DNA of 64,000 nt from Podarcis cretensis (lineage: Eukaryota), in assembly GCA_951804945.1 (NCBI GenBank), contig OX638154.1:38936001-39000000 (forward strand), in the 5' to 3' direction. The notes below the pieces were generated by a model. It saw only the letters and a list, made by a program, of their open reading frames with translations, was not told where the DNA came from and did not search any database. This document shows, one piece after another, positions 11,944 to 25,708 of this stretch. Positions within the stretch are counted from its first letter, which is position 1, and each line of letters starts with the position of its first letter. A program made the translations under genes and the position numbers.

Positions 11944-12346
11944 TGCTGTGAAGTTTCAAACAATATTACTCTGTCTGATGTCCTCTCTTTCTTGCATCTC
12001 TTTTTCTTCATGTTTTGGAGAGATCAGACTGAAGTGTTTAGTTATTCCTTTTCTCCAGAAGCATTCTAAAAATTCTTGTTCCCAAGCAGATTGAGTTTGA
12101 TCAGTTGGAGATGTAGAGGGAGAGGTGTTTTAAATCTGAATACAGACATAGGTACAGACCCACATTTATAAAATATCCCCTCCCGGCAAAACTACTATAT
12201 CTGAAAAAGAACACAGCAGTGAAACTGTTAACAGGGATTTAAACTAAAATTATGCTGCATGCAACTATTTCCTTTCCCCTTTCTACAAAACTTTCCTTAT
12301 GCAATGGGCTTCCCTTCTCTAATAAGGAAACTATGCAGAAACCAAC

Positions 12347-13233
12347 TGTCCCCAGCAGCGAGTCAGAATGACCACTCCCCACATTAAATGGGGGGGCGAC
12401 CTTTGCGTGGTCGCACACAGCCCCCTGGACCCTATGAGGCACCATTAGCACAGGCTTGGCTTGGCCTTCCTCAGGTGAGATACCTGGAGGTCTCCGCCTA
12501 CCTCAACCAGTTGCCCAATCCCGCCTGGGGAGGCGTTGCCAAGGTGATCAGGTAGGGGGAGGGACCACCCTGCCCACACAATAGGGGGAGAATCTTACCT
12601 GGGAATCCTCTGTTGGCTCCAGAGCTTCTCCCGCCCTACACACCCTCAGTTAAGACTTCTTTTGCAGGTTAACCTTTTATTCACAGGTATGTGGGTGCTG
12701 CTATGTCAGGGTCACTGTTGAAGGGCTGGACAGGAATTCTACTGCATTGGCAGGTTTTCCCTCCCCGTAGCAAACCGTCACAACTTTGGCGGTATCAGGC
12801 CTTGGGCGGAATCCTTTATCTTCCCTAAATAGGGGTGGGCATGTAGCAGTGACCCACGCCCCACCTCTTTGCGGCGGCGATTCCAGGGTTCCCCGTTAAA
12901 GGGGTTGTTTTGAGGGGAGGCTTTGGCCGTATGCCTAGAGGTTGTCATTGCTCTCCCCTGCAAAGGCGACGTGATGGGGGTGGGCTCTCTCTGCTTGAAC
13001 ATATGTTCTCCAGAGCCACCCCATCCCCTCCACACACTCTGGATAAACCTCATGTTTCCCAGATCCCCGGCAGGATAAACCTGGGAAGGATAAATGCCCA
13101 ATGCCTGAGCCAAGGTCTACTCACACCTGAAACTTAATAAAGTTGTGGCCAATTTTAACTCCATAGCACATTGTCTTGAGTTGTTATTCCACACGGGGCC
13201 GCCCAGGTTTGGGGCACTCTGCCTGTCCACGCA
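12347..13233 (+). mobile_element. Unclassified LTR-like or tyrosine-recombinase retroelement remnant
   Basis: TG...CA ends, CpG retained, AATAAAGTTGTGGCC near the 3' end shared exactly with the element at 32953-33759; no clear TSD. Confidence 0.5.
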
Positions 13234-14419
13234 AATGGAAGGGATGCACATTCTGTGAAGGTGATAGTGAATCTCTCCCTGCCACTTTCACACTTCTTCA
13301 CCTCCATCTCCAAATGAGCATTGCATCAGCAGCATAAAGCAGGTTACATAAACTTTGGTAATACATTCTCTAACCTCAAGCTGCTATTAACCCATTTCAC
13401 ATAAATAGTAAATACGTTCTATATTTTGAAAGGCTGTGTTTCTGGAGGATGGGAAAGATGCACAATCAACTCCAGTGCTGACACAAGGCATTTTCTCACA
13501 ATTCCCCCCCCCCCCCCGATGTGACTGTCAGCATTTGTTTTAAGGGCCAAACTGGGCAAGATGCAGTTAGCGTTGTGTGCATGGCTTTAAAAAACTAAAT
13601 AGCAAGTGTAGGAGGAAGCACTGAATCCCTTTGATCACTGTCTCAAATAGCCAATCCACTTCTAACCCAAATGCAGCAGCTAGGTAAAAAGTGAGCACAC
13701 TTCCCAGCATTCAATGTGCCCTGGTCTTGTGCTTGCCCTTTGCCCTCAACGGCTTGCACTGTTTTCAGTTGTGCTTATACACCCAGACATTTTTCCTGCG
13801 GTTGAGACAAGGATCTGATTTCAAAACAAAATTTCCTTGCTAGCATCACAGGACTTAGCTGGGCACTCTGCCTCTTATCAGTGTGCTTGGGATGTCTAAC
13901 TTTACTAATAGGGAGAGTGTTTCTACCTTGCTATTCTCAGACAGCAAAGCATTGGGGTACCTAAGGAACAGGTATATATAGAAAAATCCTTTCTCCTTGA
14001 ACAGACCTTCTTAAAGAATTAGCATGGGCTTTGCCACATCAGATGGGTTACATCTCTAAACCACCTGTCTGACACTAATTATATTGTCCTCAAACTTTCC
14101 CTACTTAATTTCCTATCCCTGGAAGTTATCTTCTGTGCTAATGCTCACTTTTCAGTCCACAAAGAGGAAAATATACTTTAAACATGTTAATCGGCAGTAA
14201 CCATTGGTGTCAAATTGGAGCCCAAGATAAGAGTTTGGTTTTTTTAATCAAGCAGTCAGACCAGAAAGCTGTTTACATGCTGCAGAATGTTTCAGCTGTG
14301 TCTGGGAACCAATGTAACCAACCTGGAATTTAAAGCATTGATTGCAGCCTGTTCTATCTTAGGAGGAGTTCTCTGATTCAGACATTATCCAGCAGCAAGG
14401 GTAGGGAACCAAAGCCAGT

Positions 14420-14672
14420 CCTGGCCACCAGTTGCATGCACTGGAGGAGGAAGAGGAAGCGGGGGGAGCACCCCGCCCCTGGCAGCGCGATCCCGGCAGG
14501 GTGCCATCGTGGCCGCCCCTTGACCATGCTGGGTGCCATGCCCCTGCAGGTGGCGCATCCTGCCTCAGGACGTGCGCCCTGCCCCTGCAGGCAGCACACC
14601 CTGCCCCCAGGATGCGCTGCCACCCCCACCTGCTCTCCGCCCCCCGGTGCTGGAGCATGAAGCTCCACCACT
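14420..14672. mobile_element. GC-rich DNA-transposon MITE fragment
   Basis: Ends in GAAGCTCCACCACTG, a TIR related to CAGTGGCGGAGC at 34549; explains several spurious ORFs. Confidence 0.5.
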
Positions 14673-16406
14673 GGTTGCATGTACCTGCGTTGCACATCTT
14701 GTAAAACATATGCTTATTGCATCCGTATTCCAACTTTTTGCATGCACATTTTAAATACTTGAATGTGAGAAATAGCCATTGGTTTCACACCATTTCCACC
14801 TGAAGGTCCCAGGAGTGGGGAACTGATTTGGATGGTCCACCCCTAGAGACTAATGGAATATGGTAGATGCTCTGGGGAATTTCCGGATGCTCTGGGGAAT
14901 TTCCCAGGAGACAGACCAGGTGCTCCATGTTTTACTGTAAAATGGCTCCCAAGGGTTCTCTTCATTGCTGCAGAGCCCACATTGCTGCTTGTTCTACTGA
15001 GGAGCTGCAGACAGTGAAGCATGCTAGAGTGCAGGTAGTGGAAAACTCACTCTGAAGGTTACATATGTTAGGTTACATATTTTTGTTTACCAATTGACAG
15101 TGAAAGCTTCAAAGGCACTTCATTGCCATTGCTGGGTCATACCAAAAGTGGTGGATGGGCCCCTGGAGCATGAAATCTCCCAGCTCCGTAGTGTGTTGGA
15201 TGTTCCAGAACTGTAACTCCAGTCAAAGGCATCCAATGCAGCACCTTCTCACATTTTATGTTATTGAGCTCAGTTTATGAGGCCTGATGATTATGGCCAG
15301 CACTGTTGAGATAATGTGGCCAGCTTCCTTGACGCCCCTCCAACCCAGCTGGTAATAGCCAGTTGGATGGTCAGGGGTCTTGCTCAAGTGCGTCCAGACA
15401 AGTGCATCTCTATGTGATGGATTTGTGTCTCCTGCAACAAGAATTCAAAAACGTTCTTGTATAACCAGGCATTTGTGGGTGAGATGTTTTCAGTGTCCCT
15501 CCCTTTTAGTTTCAATGTATCTGTGTGGGTTCTCTGTCTGTTTCTATGTTGCTGTGGAGTGCCTTGGGCAAGATAGGACCAACAAATGTAATAAATAATA
15601 ATAAATAAACAGCAAATTGCTTCCCCTTTGTGATCAACAAAATCTGCTGCCTTGCTCTGCCTTATCCTAGGGTCAGCTTTGGAGCTGGTATAACACCCTT
15701 ACTCTTCAGAAGACTCATTTTAAGAAAAACAGAAACATTTGGGGATCTTTGGACATATTTTCTACATCTTATCTAGGTTGGTCCTCAAGTGTCTCATAGA
15801 ATATGAGTGACTCTTTATGCCCGTTTCTGTATTATATACCTGCACATGAAATCCCTTCATGTTTAGGAGGCACCTGAGTACATGAGATTTCCTGATCATA
15901 GAATCATAGAATTGTAGAGTTGGAAGAGGCCCTGTTGAGTCATGATGCTTTTTTTCTCTTCCCTTATATGGATTTTTAATATGGATAGTTAATAGGAATA
16001 AGCATTAAAGAGACACTTTGCATTGGTATCAAATACTGTACCAAATTCTAACCTAGCTAGATACAGCCAACCATTTGAGTCGCAGAGTTCAGGACATAAC
16101 CTGAACAACTTGCAAGGTTTAGAGAACCATTTCTGCCAGGCTACTACAATAACTGGTGGCTGGGCAGGGTTCTAACCTCCTCCTGTGTATTTGCACCAAC
16201 CATAGGGGTGTGCTTATCAGAGGATAAGGAAACTGATGGTGGCCAGATGGCTGCTATTGTAATTGCCCACAATGTCCTGGAATGACACAGCACCTCTTTG
16301 GAGCATTGTAGGCAGTTGCCGTGGCAACCACATGGCACTCAGAACTGTGGAACAGAGAATCAGAAGAATCTTTCTTTGCATCAGCCACTAGCCACTTGCT
16401 ATAGCA

Positions 16407-16491
16407 ATAAAATAAAATAAAATAAAATAAAATAAAATAAAATAAAATAATAAAATAAAATAAAATAAAATAAAATAAAATAAAATAAAAT
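16407..16491. repeat. (AAAAT)n microsatellite
   Basis: Direct reading. Confidence 0.95.
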
Positions 16492-16779
16492 GTACTGAAG
16501 ATAGAGGTAAAAATGTAACTATACAAAATACATTCTGGAGGTTTACATCAATAATTAAATAATAGATCTTAGTCTAATTGCTCCTGCTAATTTTTTTTTT
16601 TGCAGTTTTTGCTGCCTCTTCTGGCATACAATATCAGGCCTGCTGGAGAATGCTTGTAATGTTCCAGTGTGTACTATCAGGCCTAATGAATGGATGCAAT
16701 ATTATTGTTCACTCGATATCATGGGTAAAATAATGAGGTCAACCAAACAACATATTTTTTGGAAAACTTACCAGACTAG

Positions 16780-18100
16780 CCTCCAGTATCTATAACTGAG
16801 GTCAATAACCTTATTTCACAGTTAAAAAATAATAAAGTACCAGGCATAGACTATCTGCCCCCAGAACTATTGAAATCTAACATCGATTGCTGGGCCTCCC
16901 TGCAATATTCTTATTTATCGATTCATCCGGGTTATTTCCTGAAGTTTGGACCACAGCGGTAGTCACCCTTTATTCAAAAAGGGCCTTACATCTGATTCGG
17001 CTCGTTATAGACCAATTAGTTTTCTACCTGTAATTATCAAATTAAATGTAAAGCATCTTTACAACAAGCTAGTTGATTGGATAACTAATGAAGCTATTCT
17101 TGCCAAAGAGCAAGCAGGATTTAGACAAGGCAGATCCACTATAGACCATTGCTTTGTACTAGCCCATTTTATAGATAAGTATGTTAAGAAACCAGGCGGT
17201 ATGCTATACGGAGCTTTCATTGACCTGAAAGCTGCATTCAGTTCAATCTCTCGAGTAAGACTGTGGGATAAGTTGAACTCTTCAAGTATAGATAAAAGAT
17301 TATCATTCTTGATTAAATCTCTATATAAAAACACTGCTGAAAGTGTGTTGCTCTACAAATGGGCAGCTCACAGGATCTGTACCAGCCACAAAGGGAGTTA
17401 AGCAAGGTTGTATCCTAGCTCCAAAGCTGTTTAATTTATATATGAATGATATTTTCCAGGGTTTAACATCCCCAGAGTATCATGCCCCTAAACTGACCAC
17501 AAAAGCCAATAATATAGAGATCTATATTATTATACTCAGATGATGCGGTACTTCTATCTCAAAACAAAAGTGGGCCTAAAAAGATAGATGAGGGCATTCT
17601 TAGGATACTGCCAAAGAGAACAGCTGGCTGTGAATTACAAGAAACTAAACTAAAGTTATGGTGTTTTAAAGAAACTATTAGGGCCCATATGGATAATCAG
17701 TTGATAAAACAATTTAAAGTCTTTAAATACCTCCGTCTCTGCCCCCCCCCAGTCAACAAGGTCATGGGGATCACATCAGAAATATGCAAAAGGGAAAAGC
17801 GCCTCAAAGCACCAAGATTCTGACACACTTTTTTCCATATAAAAGGTGGCAATCACATACCATCAGCACCTGAAGTGTTTAAAGCTAAACCCCCAGCACA
17901 GTTATTGTATGGGGCTCAGATTTGGACAGAAACTGTTCAGTCTACAGCATTTTTTTTCTGTTCCATCCTGTGTTCCAAATGCTTCATTGCACTTGGAGGC
18001 TAATCCCCCCTTTATTGAATTACAGATTTGGTGCAGGATATTTAATTATTGGCTTCAGCTAAATTTAAACCCCACTGGTCTACTACCCTTAGTATCGCAA
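16780..18100 (+). mobile_element. Degenerate non-LTR retrotransposon reverse transcriptase (RTE-like)
   Basis: Motifs PGIDYLPPELLK, YRPISFL, EQAGFRQGRSTIDH, FIDLKAAF, GVKQGCILAPKLFNLY, YSDD across frameshifts and stops. Confidence 0.85.
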
Positions 18101-21100
18101 GAGTCATGAGTGCACTTGCTCTAAAATTGTCAACTGTGGAACAGGTGGCTGAAGGCTGTGGTGTCAGCAGCACAGTGCCCTTGGCACCTGCCTGTGGATT
18201 GCCACTTGCTGTAGCTCCAGCCCTGCTTTCTGCATTAATGTGCTTTGCCAGGGAACTCCTGGGCATATCCGACTTTGTGGTTTGTTGTAGGGTGCACATA
18301 AAACCCCACCCGATTCCTTGGATCTCATCATTGCCTAATATGCACCAAGCATACTTACAGGAACACCACATTGCAGGGGAAGTAAGTATCAAGTTGCCTT
18401 TCAGGGGAAAGTTGCCTGCCACCACTAACATTTCTTACTGAGCAAGTCTCAGGCTTCTTTGAAACACAGCCTGACTGCTGTGAGGATAAGATGCTGAAGA
18501 ATTCAAGGGAGCTCATACGTAGAGTTTGTAGTTAGTTATTGGAAGTGATTTCTCTACACTCAGCCTGTTGAGTAATGCCCAGTCCTAGAAGTAACTTGTG
18601 TCAAAGCACACATGTCTGTGAGGAAGTGGGAACTCCTTTTGCTACGTGCAGTTTGGGTGCACAGGGTATGAATGACTCAGAATTTAGCAATAATTGGGAG
18701 GGTGGCTTTAAGTCATGAGAAAGATAAGACACTGGTCTTACAAAGTTTACCATGTGAAATCCTTAAAACTGCCCTGTGTGCACAGTGAAAACCCTTCTTT
18801 GCTCAACTATTACATATAGTATTCACAGAGTAGTAAACGTGTGTTTTTCATACATAGTGATCTAAATGCACTTACTGTACTTTTCTCTCTGAAACTGCTT
18901 TCTGTTTAGAAAATATTTTTTGTTAAGAGAACCTCTGAGCAAAGTAATAAAAATGAATAGCAAGTTATTTGGTAATGTTACCTTACTTGTAGTGTTCAAA
19001 ATCAAATGTGTATTCTAAATCTGGTTAGGCATGCTGATGTAGGCTTGGAGGAGATGTGGGAAACCTGTGGGTGATGTGTACCCTTTGAAGGTTTACGGTG
19101 TGACCCACTGTGGATGCTCAAGCCACCCAGCCTTACAGAATTCCGTTGTGTTGGGGGAGTATGATGGTTGGGGGGAAGGTGTACACGGAAGGATAGCTCT
19201 GCATGCCTTTCTCCGTAACAAAACTGTTCTCTCCTTTTCCCTCCAAACAGCTGTAGGTGCATTTGGTCTTGGCTCTGGCCTATTCACTGCCTCATGTGGC
19301 CCTTGGGTGTCCGAGTGTAGAGTCTGCTTTCAACACCCATGATCTTACATTCAAGCTAAAGTTAGAAGGAAACATAATATGAACGTTCATTATCCAGTGG
19401 TGGGGAGGGTGGAAATCCAAAACCTCATGCAGTGCACTAGTGCAAGAAGCATAATGGATTCTGAATAGGGTTGCCAGGTCAGGAGCATCCCAGACCCTTA
19501 TGAAGGCTCCCAGTGATGTCATAGGGTGGGCCCTGGAGATGGAGGTTAATTGGGAGAAGGGAGAAGAAAAGGGCAGACCCCTCAGAACATCTATGTTATC
19601 ATTTGTCACCAGCTGTTGCTGGGCTGAAGCTTGCAAGCTACATGCACATTCGTCTTCTTTTTCTGCTTCAATACTTTATTATGAAGTTAAAACAATCCAG
19701 TAAGAAATATGAAATAAAATAAAGAAAAAAAGAGAGGAAAGTACAAACCCTTGACCATAAAAAATCAAGGTTCACAGCCAGTACATCATAAAACAAGGTA
19801 CATTCTCAAGAGACTGCACATTGAATTACATGTTACAACATAAACCAATCTGATACAGGAAGAGTACAAAGGGATTTCTGCCCAAGTAATTTGAGACTGA
19901 AGTGTTCAGTCATGAACACTCAGGTTGACAGACTGTGCCTTAGTAATGAACAGGACCCCCATCATCAAACTGCCATGAAGCCCCCCTGAAGGACTGATGC
20001 ATTACCCAGTTATTCTTATTTATCAAGGGTTAAGGGCTGCACCAATTTGGGTTAATTGCCCCCTAGATTCTGTCTCACCAATTGGCATTTGCAAGATTAC
20101 ACCAGCATGCAGGAAAATATTTTAAGAATAAGAGAGTCCCTCAGGCTTTGTTAACAGCTTGTAGAGCATGGAATCAGCTAGGAACCTCTCATGAATATTA
20201 TTAGGTTTTTCTTTTCTTTTCTTGCAGAGCTAAAAAAAGTTGGAAGGCAAGGAAGCTACGGGGAGCAAGGGGTCACCAACGTGGCACCCATGAGCACCCA
20301 TGTGTCTGCAGATGCCTCCACAGCCCCCCCCCCCCATGGAAATTTGAAAGAAGAGTTATTGAAAGAAGAGTTCTGTTGTATCCAATAGAACAGGTGGCAG
20401 TGTGGGCTTGGTGGTGGTACATGTGGGAGTGCCCACCATGGGTTTTTTTTGATAAATCTTGGTTGTGTTATTCAGATCTGTTGCTTTCTGATTCATTACT
20501 TTCAGTGATGATACCTTTATTCTCTTCCAGTAGACTTCCTCAATTGCAGTCCTAGTTGAGGGGCTGTACATAGTTAAAGAAGGGCATCTGACAAAGGGCA
20601 TTTCAAACATAGGTTGAACACAGGGCTGAATGAAGCTGAGATGACATATTAAACGTATTTATTTGGGAGCAAGTTCCATTGAATCCAGTGGGCCTTACAT
20701 AGCATCACACTGTCATCATGCTGTTAAGTAGGGCAAGCGATTCTCAAGTGGGGGGTGACACACAAGAGGGAAAGAAATGTGCTTGTTGAAACATGAAACA
20801 ACCACGATTTATGTCTGTTGGAAAGGAGATCCCATTGATTTCCCCTTTTCCAGAAGTGGCTTACCTGGTAAAGTGGAGCATGCAGTGCATGTTCCTGGCA
20901 GGTGAGTTGCTGCTGCTTACTGGGAATGACCAGGCAGTGGGTATGTTGCCATGGCACAGGTGCACCAGTGGAAGTGCCGGATTGACTCCACTGGTGCACC
21001 AATACTATGGCATCCTCTCTCTTCCTTTGCCCATCTTTTTCCAGAAGCTAGTGTTGCGGCTCTGCCTCATTAGGCAAGCCACTTCTGCCTTTCTCTTAGC

Positions 21101-22626
21101 CCATGATATCAGAGCAAAGACTAATAAGGAAGCATTTGGATTCTTGATGCAGCCCACATTGTGGCTGATAGGTGTAGAGAATCTTCATTATTGCCCAGAA
21201 AGCCCAGTCCCATTTCTGGGTGTTTGCTTACTAGAGAAAAGGGTGAGTGGAGTGCTAAGAGATTTTGATTGTGTTGTAAGGCCCGATCATTCTTCTGATA
21301 TATTGTATAGCTGTTCTTCTGTGTATAAGACTTGTGAGCAGGACTCAAACAAGGTAGCGAGGTGAAAAGGAGGGTGGAGGTCATGTATCATTTTTGTAGT
21401 TGAAGGGGCAATTGATTCACTCAAGTGCAAATCAAGAGCTCAAGGATAGCCAATCAAATGCAAAAAGCAATTGCAAAAGAAGTCTGAAAAATCCTGGGAT
21501 AAAGGGGCAGAAGAAGTGAAACAACTACATATTGGTGAGTGTGTGATGATCATGACTCATGAGCAGCAAGAAGCAGTGATACTGCAAAACAACTACCCAA
21601 CTGAACAAAAAACCCTAATGTGGATCAGGCACTGCTGAAATTCCCTCTCTTACACAACTTTGTAAGGTACGTGACCTCTGTCCTCCTTTTCCCTGGGATG
21701 CTCAAAATCCAACTGAGTGTATCCCAAGCTTGGAAAACACAGCAGTAAATGTTCAATAAAACTGGAGTCCATTCTTGTTGCATTCACTCTTAGTTTTCAA
21801 TCAGTCATAGTCTACTCTCTCATTAACTTTTGTAGCAAAGTCCTTCCCAACTTTACTATCTGCACTTCCATTTTATTGAACTGCCATTGTAGCTCTCTGA
21901 AAAGAAGAGCTACAATGTTTTTTTTAGGGCATTCTACCCAATTATTTGTGCTGAGGAGAACAGAAGTAGTGGAGGGAGAACCATGACCATTGCCACTAGT
22001 AGCCATCAGTAGCCCTCTCCCTCCATGAATTTGTCTAATCTTCTCTTGAAGTCACCCAAGTGGTGGTCTTCACTGCATCCTGTGGCATCAAGTTCCATAG
22101 TTTGTGTGTGGAAAAGTGCTTTCCCCCCTCTCCATTCTGAATTTTCCAATGTTCAGCTTCATTGGATTGCCTTGAGTTTTAATATTATGAGAGAATCTGA
22201 GAAAATGAATGATGGCGTCATGCATATTAGAAAAGCTTTCTGAGACGGAACAGCAAGCCAGTAAAAGATTGTGCCTCTGTGTTTTTTCTTGAAGTCTGTT
22301 CGTTCCATTGTCTCTGGGTAAATGCTTGAGTGCAGAAAGAAAAGAGAGTACAAAATATGAGTCTCAGAGGTTCAGGATCTCAGGATAATACTTGCCAGAA
22401 GAACATTGTCTTCTTCAATGCAGTGAACACCGAGTCACAAAAATAATCACCTGCACTGCTATCCTAAACATATTTGCATTGTTTGCAAACAGGACTGTCA
22501 TAGTAAGGTCTGCTTCTGTGCTTAGTTGTTCTGGTGTGGTGCAGTATTGCTGCAACCAACTAATGCCTGCCTTCATTCCTGCAGCTGGATCCTATGTAAG
22601 TTTACTTGGAAGTATTTCCCACTCAG

Positions 22627-22988
22627 GGACGCAGGTGGCGCTGTGGGTTAAAGCCTCAGCGCCTAGGGCTTGCCGATCGAAAGGTCGGCGGTTCGAATCC
22701 CTGCGGCGGGGTGCGCTCCCGCTGCTCGGTCCCAGCGCCTGCCAACCTAGCAGTTCGAAAGCACCTCCGGGTGCAAGTAGATAAATAGGGACCGCTTACC
22801 AGCGGGAAGGTAAACGGCGTTTCCGTGTGCGGCTCTGGCTCGCCAGAGCAGCGATGTCACGCTGGCCACGTGACCCGGAAGTGTCTCCGGACAGCGCTGG
22901 CCCCTGGCCTCTTAAGTGAGATGGGCGCACAACCCCAGAGTCTGTCAAGACTGGCCCGTACGGGCAGGGGTACCTTTACCTTTACCTT
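22627..22988 (+). mobile_element. Young Sauria-type SINE
   Basis: Full length, CpGs intact, TSD TATTTCCCACTCAG (22613-22626, 22989-23002). Confidence 0.92.
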
Positions 22989-23180
22989 TATTTCCCACTC
23001 AGTTCAGTGTAGGTAAGATTGCTGCTTTACTTAGATAAACATCATTGTGAGGTTGCTGCAAGAAACAGGTAAATAAATTTGGCTCACCAAGGCTGGCATA
23101 TTTTCTCACCTTAAGAGCACAGATTAAGACAGGGTTCTCATCCCAGTTTTTGGCTGCAACCACAAGGGTGGTCACTGGGC

Positions 23181-23222
<42 letters not shown>

Positions 23223-23330
23223 CCCACCCATCTGGTTGGGTTTCCCTAGCCGCTCTGGGTGGCTTCCAGCACATATGAAAATGTAATAAACATCAAACAT
23301 TCAAAACTTCCCTGATACAGGGCTGCCTTT
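23181..23330 (-). mobile_element. L2 3' end with (TAT)n tail
   Basis: Homologous to 5675-5830; (TAA)n at 23181-23220. Confidence 0.7.
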
Positions 23331-24575
23331 AGAATATGCGTACTAGCTGCAGATGCAGTCACAATGAAAAATATTATACAAGTCATCAAAACAAAATGAT
23401 TCAGTGTTTGTGTTTAAAGTAGTTTATGATCAGGTTTGAGCAACTGTGGCTACAATGTTGGTGAGGTGGGCAAACTTCTTTTTGTTTGGTTGATTATATT
23501 TTTCATGTGGTCACAAGATACAGAAAACTCCCTTATACTGAGTCAGACAGTTCAGTGCATCTGGCTCAATAGTTGTCCATTCAGCTAGCAGACACTCCAG
23601 AGTTTCAGGGAGGGGTCTCCTAATCTGGAGAAGCCAGGAATTGAACCAGGTGCCTTCTGCATATCTTTCTAAAGAAGCTAGATGAAGGGTCAACAACATA
23701 CTGCCTTCCAGAAGTTGCCCCTCACAGTGGCCTCCCATCATCCCTGACCATCCCTGGAGTCCAAAGACATTTTCGCAGTGCAGATGAACAATTGGCTCAC
23801 TCTTTGAGGACCACTTTTGATTTCAAACCACAGGATGAGGGAAGCAACATAACAAGCCAGTATTTTATCACTGGAAATAAACCATGGAAAAATCCACACC
23901 CTATTTAGCCTTCATATTTATCAGATGGTTTACATCTCCATGAAAGCCAGTATATATATACCAATCAAAACCTGATTGTGTTGAGTACTCAGGTGGCTCA
24001 GTTTAGTGCTGGACCAGCGGTATAATGCAGGTGACAGCTGAATTTAGGGAGCTGCTCAATAGAAGGTCCTGCCTTCCCAGCTGCATCCTCTTTCTGATGT
24101 GCGCATGGGCTGGTTGTTTGGAAGAGGCTTGTCTCATTGCTGAGCACAAGTTCCCAGGACTGGGATAAATGGCACAGCTCCTTATCAGCCACCTTTGCGA
24201 ACAAAGGCCCGTGGTGAGGAAAGTGTCCTTCCATAATCTTTATAGCTGCAATAGGACCTGGAGCTGCTCATGTCTGCAGACACATGAGCGGAGAGCGAGC
24301 ACTTAGCTGGCTGCTGATCTGTTGTTTCATTAAGGATTTTGTGTTGTAAAGTTATATGGCCCAGCCGAGCTCCTTACTGATCTTTAGTGTTTGTAAACAT
24401 TCCATAGTCTTTAGTGTAGTCCTGGTGACGTGGGGCATCCTGGTCAGGCCATCAGGCACCTTAAAGAGACATTGACAAGCATATGAGCCATGCCATGCCT
24501 TTGCTTACAGTTACAGTTACACCATGGTATTCAGTTCTCACCAGGAAGGCGTTTTTTAAGGCAGGCTCAGGGGCA

Positions 24576-24932
24576 GACGTGGGTGGCGCTGTGGGTTAAA
24601 CCACAGAGCCTAGGACTTGCTGATCAGAAGGTCGGCGGTTCGAATCCCCGCGACGAGGTGAGCTCCTGTTGCTCGGTCCCTGCTCCTGCCAACCTTGCAG
24701 TTCGAAAGCACTTCAAAGTGCAAGTAGATAAATAGGTACCGCTCCGGCAGGAAGGTAAACGGCGTTTCCGTGTGCTGCTCTGGTTCGCCAGAAGCGGCTT
24801 AGCCATGCTGGCCTCATGACCCGGAAGCTGTACGCCGGCTCCCTCGGCCAATAAAGCGAGATGAGTGCCACAACCCCAGAGTCGGTCACGACTGGACCTA
24901 ACAGTCAGGGGTCCCTTTACCCTTTACCTTTA
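24576..24932 (+). mobile_element. Sauria-type SINE
   Basis: Same subfamily as the copy at 3113; TSD CAGGGGCAGA (24568-24577, 24933-24942). Confidence 0.9.
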
Positions 24933-25708
24933 CAGGGGCAGAAGCCCTGTCAAGCAAGTGCAAGGTTACCTTCAGATGATTGGTTTGGGGTCCATCTATT
25001 CTAGAGGAATCCTTTCCCAGTTTGTGTCAGAGTCCGTAGTCAAATACCCAAGGCTCTGCAGGTGCTCATGCAGGACAGGAGGGAAGCTGTGGACAAAGGA
25101 TTCCAATAGCAAAATGATGGAGTGGGACAACCTAGGAGTATTGGTCAGGAATGTGGAAAGAATTGCAGTGAGCAGAAGTCACAAAAAGCTGTTGTTTCTC
25201 TTGGCCAGATTGAAGTAGGAATTTCAGTAGGGAAAATTCCTCAAAAACAATTACCGTATTTATGGAGGCTGCAAAAGAATAGGGAACATGAAGGGCAGAA
25301 TTTCCTATCTTGTCAGTGCAAGGATTTCTGTTTGTTCAGGGGGAGTTTCTCTTCTACCACTATGCATGCAACCTCCCCAAATCTGCTCCAAGAGGGATGG
25401 GGGAACCTCTAGAACAGCTTTGGGGGGATGTTCAGGGGGAGGATATCCCATTCTGCAGGCAGAAATCCTTGCGCTCTTAGTGCTACATTGGATACATTCT
25501 ATGCATGCATAGAAATCAAGAATGCAGTGCTTTTTTTTGCCGAGCCTCAGAATATTTCCTTGTGGGATTTTCAAAGGGGAGAGCCATGGCTCAGTGGCAG
25601 AACATACATTTTGCATGCAAAAGATCCATTATTGGCATCTCCAAGTATAGCTGGGAGAGTCACCCATCTGAAATCCTGATGTGTCACTGCTGATCAGTGT
25701 AGACAATA

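Noticed and set aside
19038-19334. Possible short solo LTR (TG...CAACA)
   Set aside because: No TSD or second copy found
23977-24477. Possible LTR-like segment
   Set aside because: Ends and TSD could not be defined
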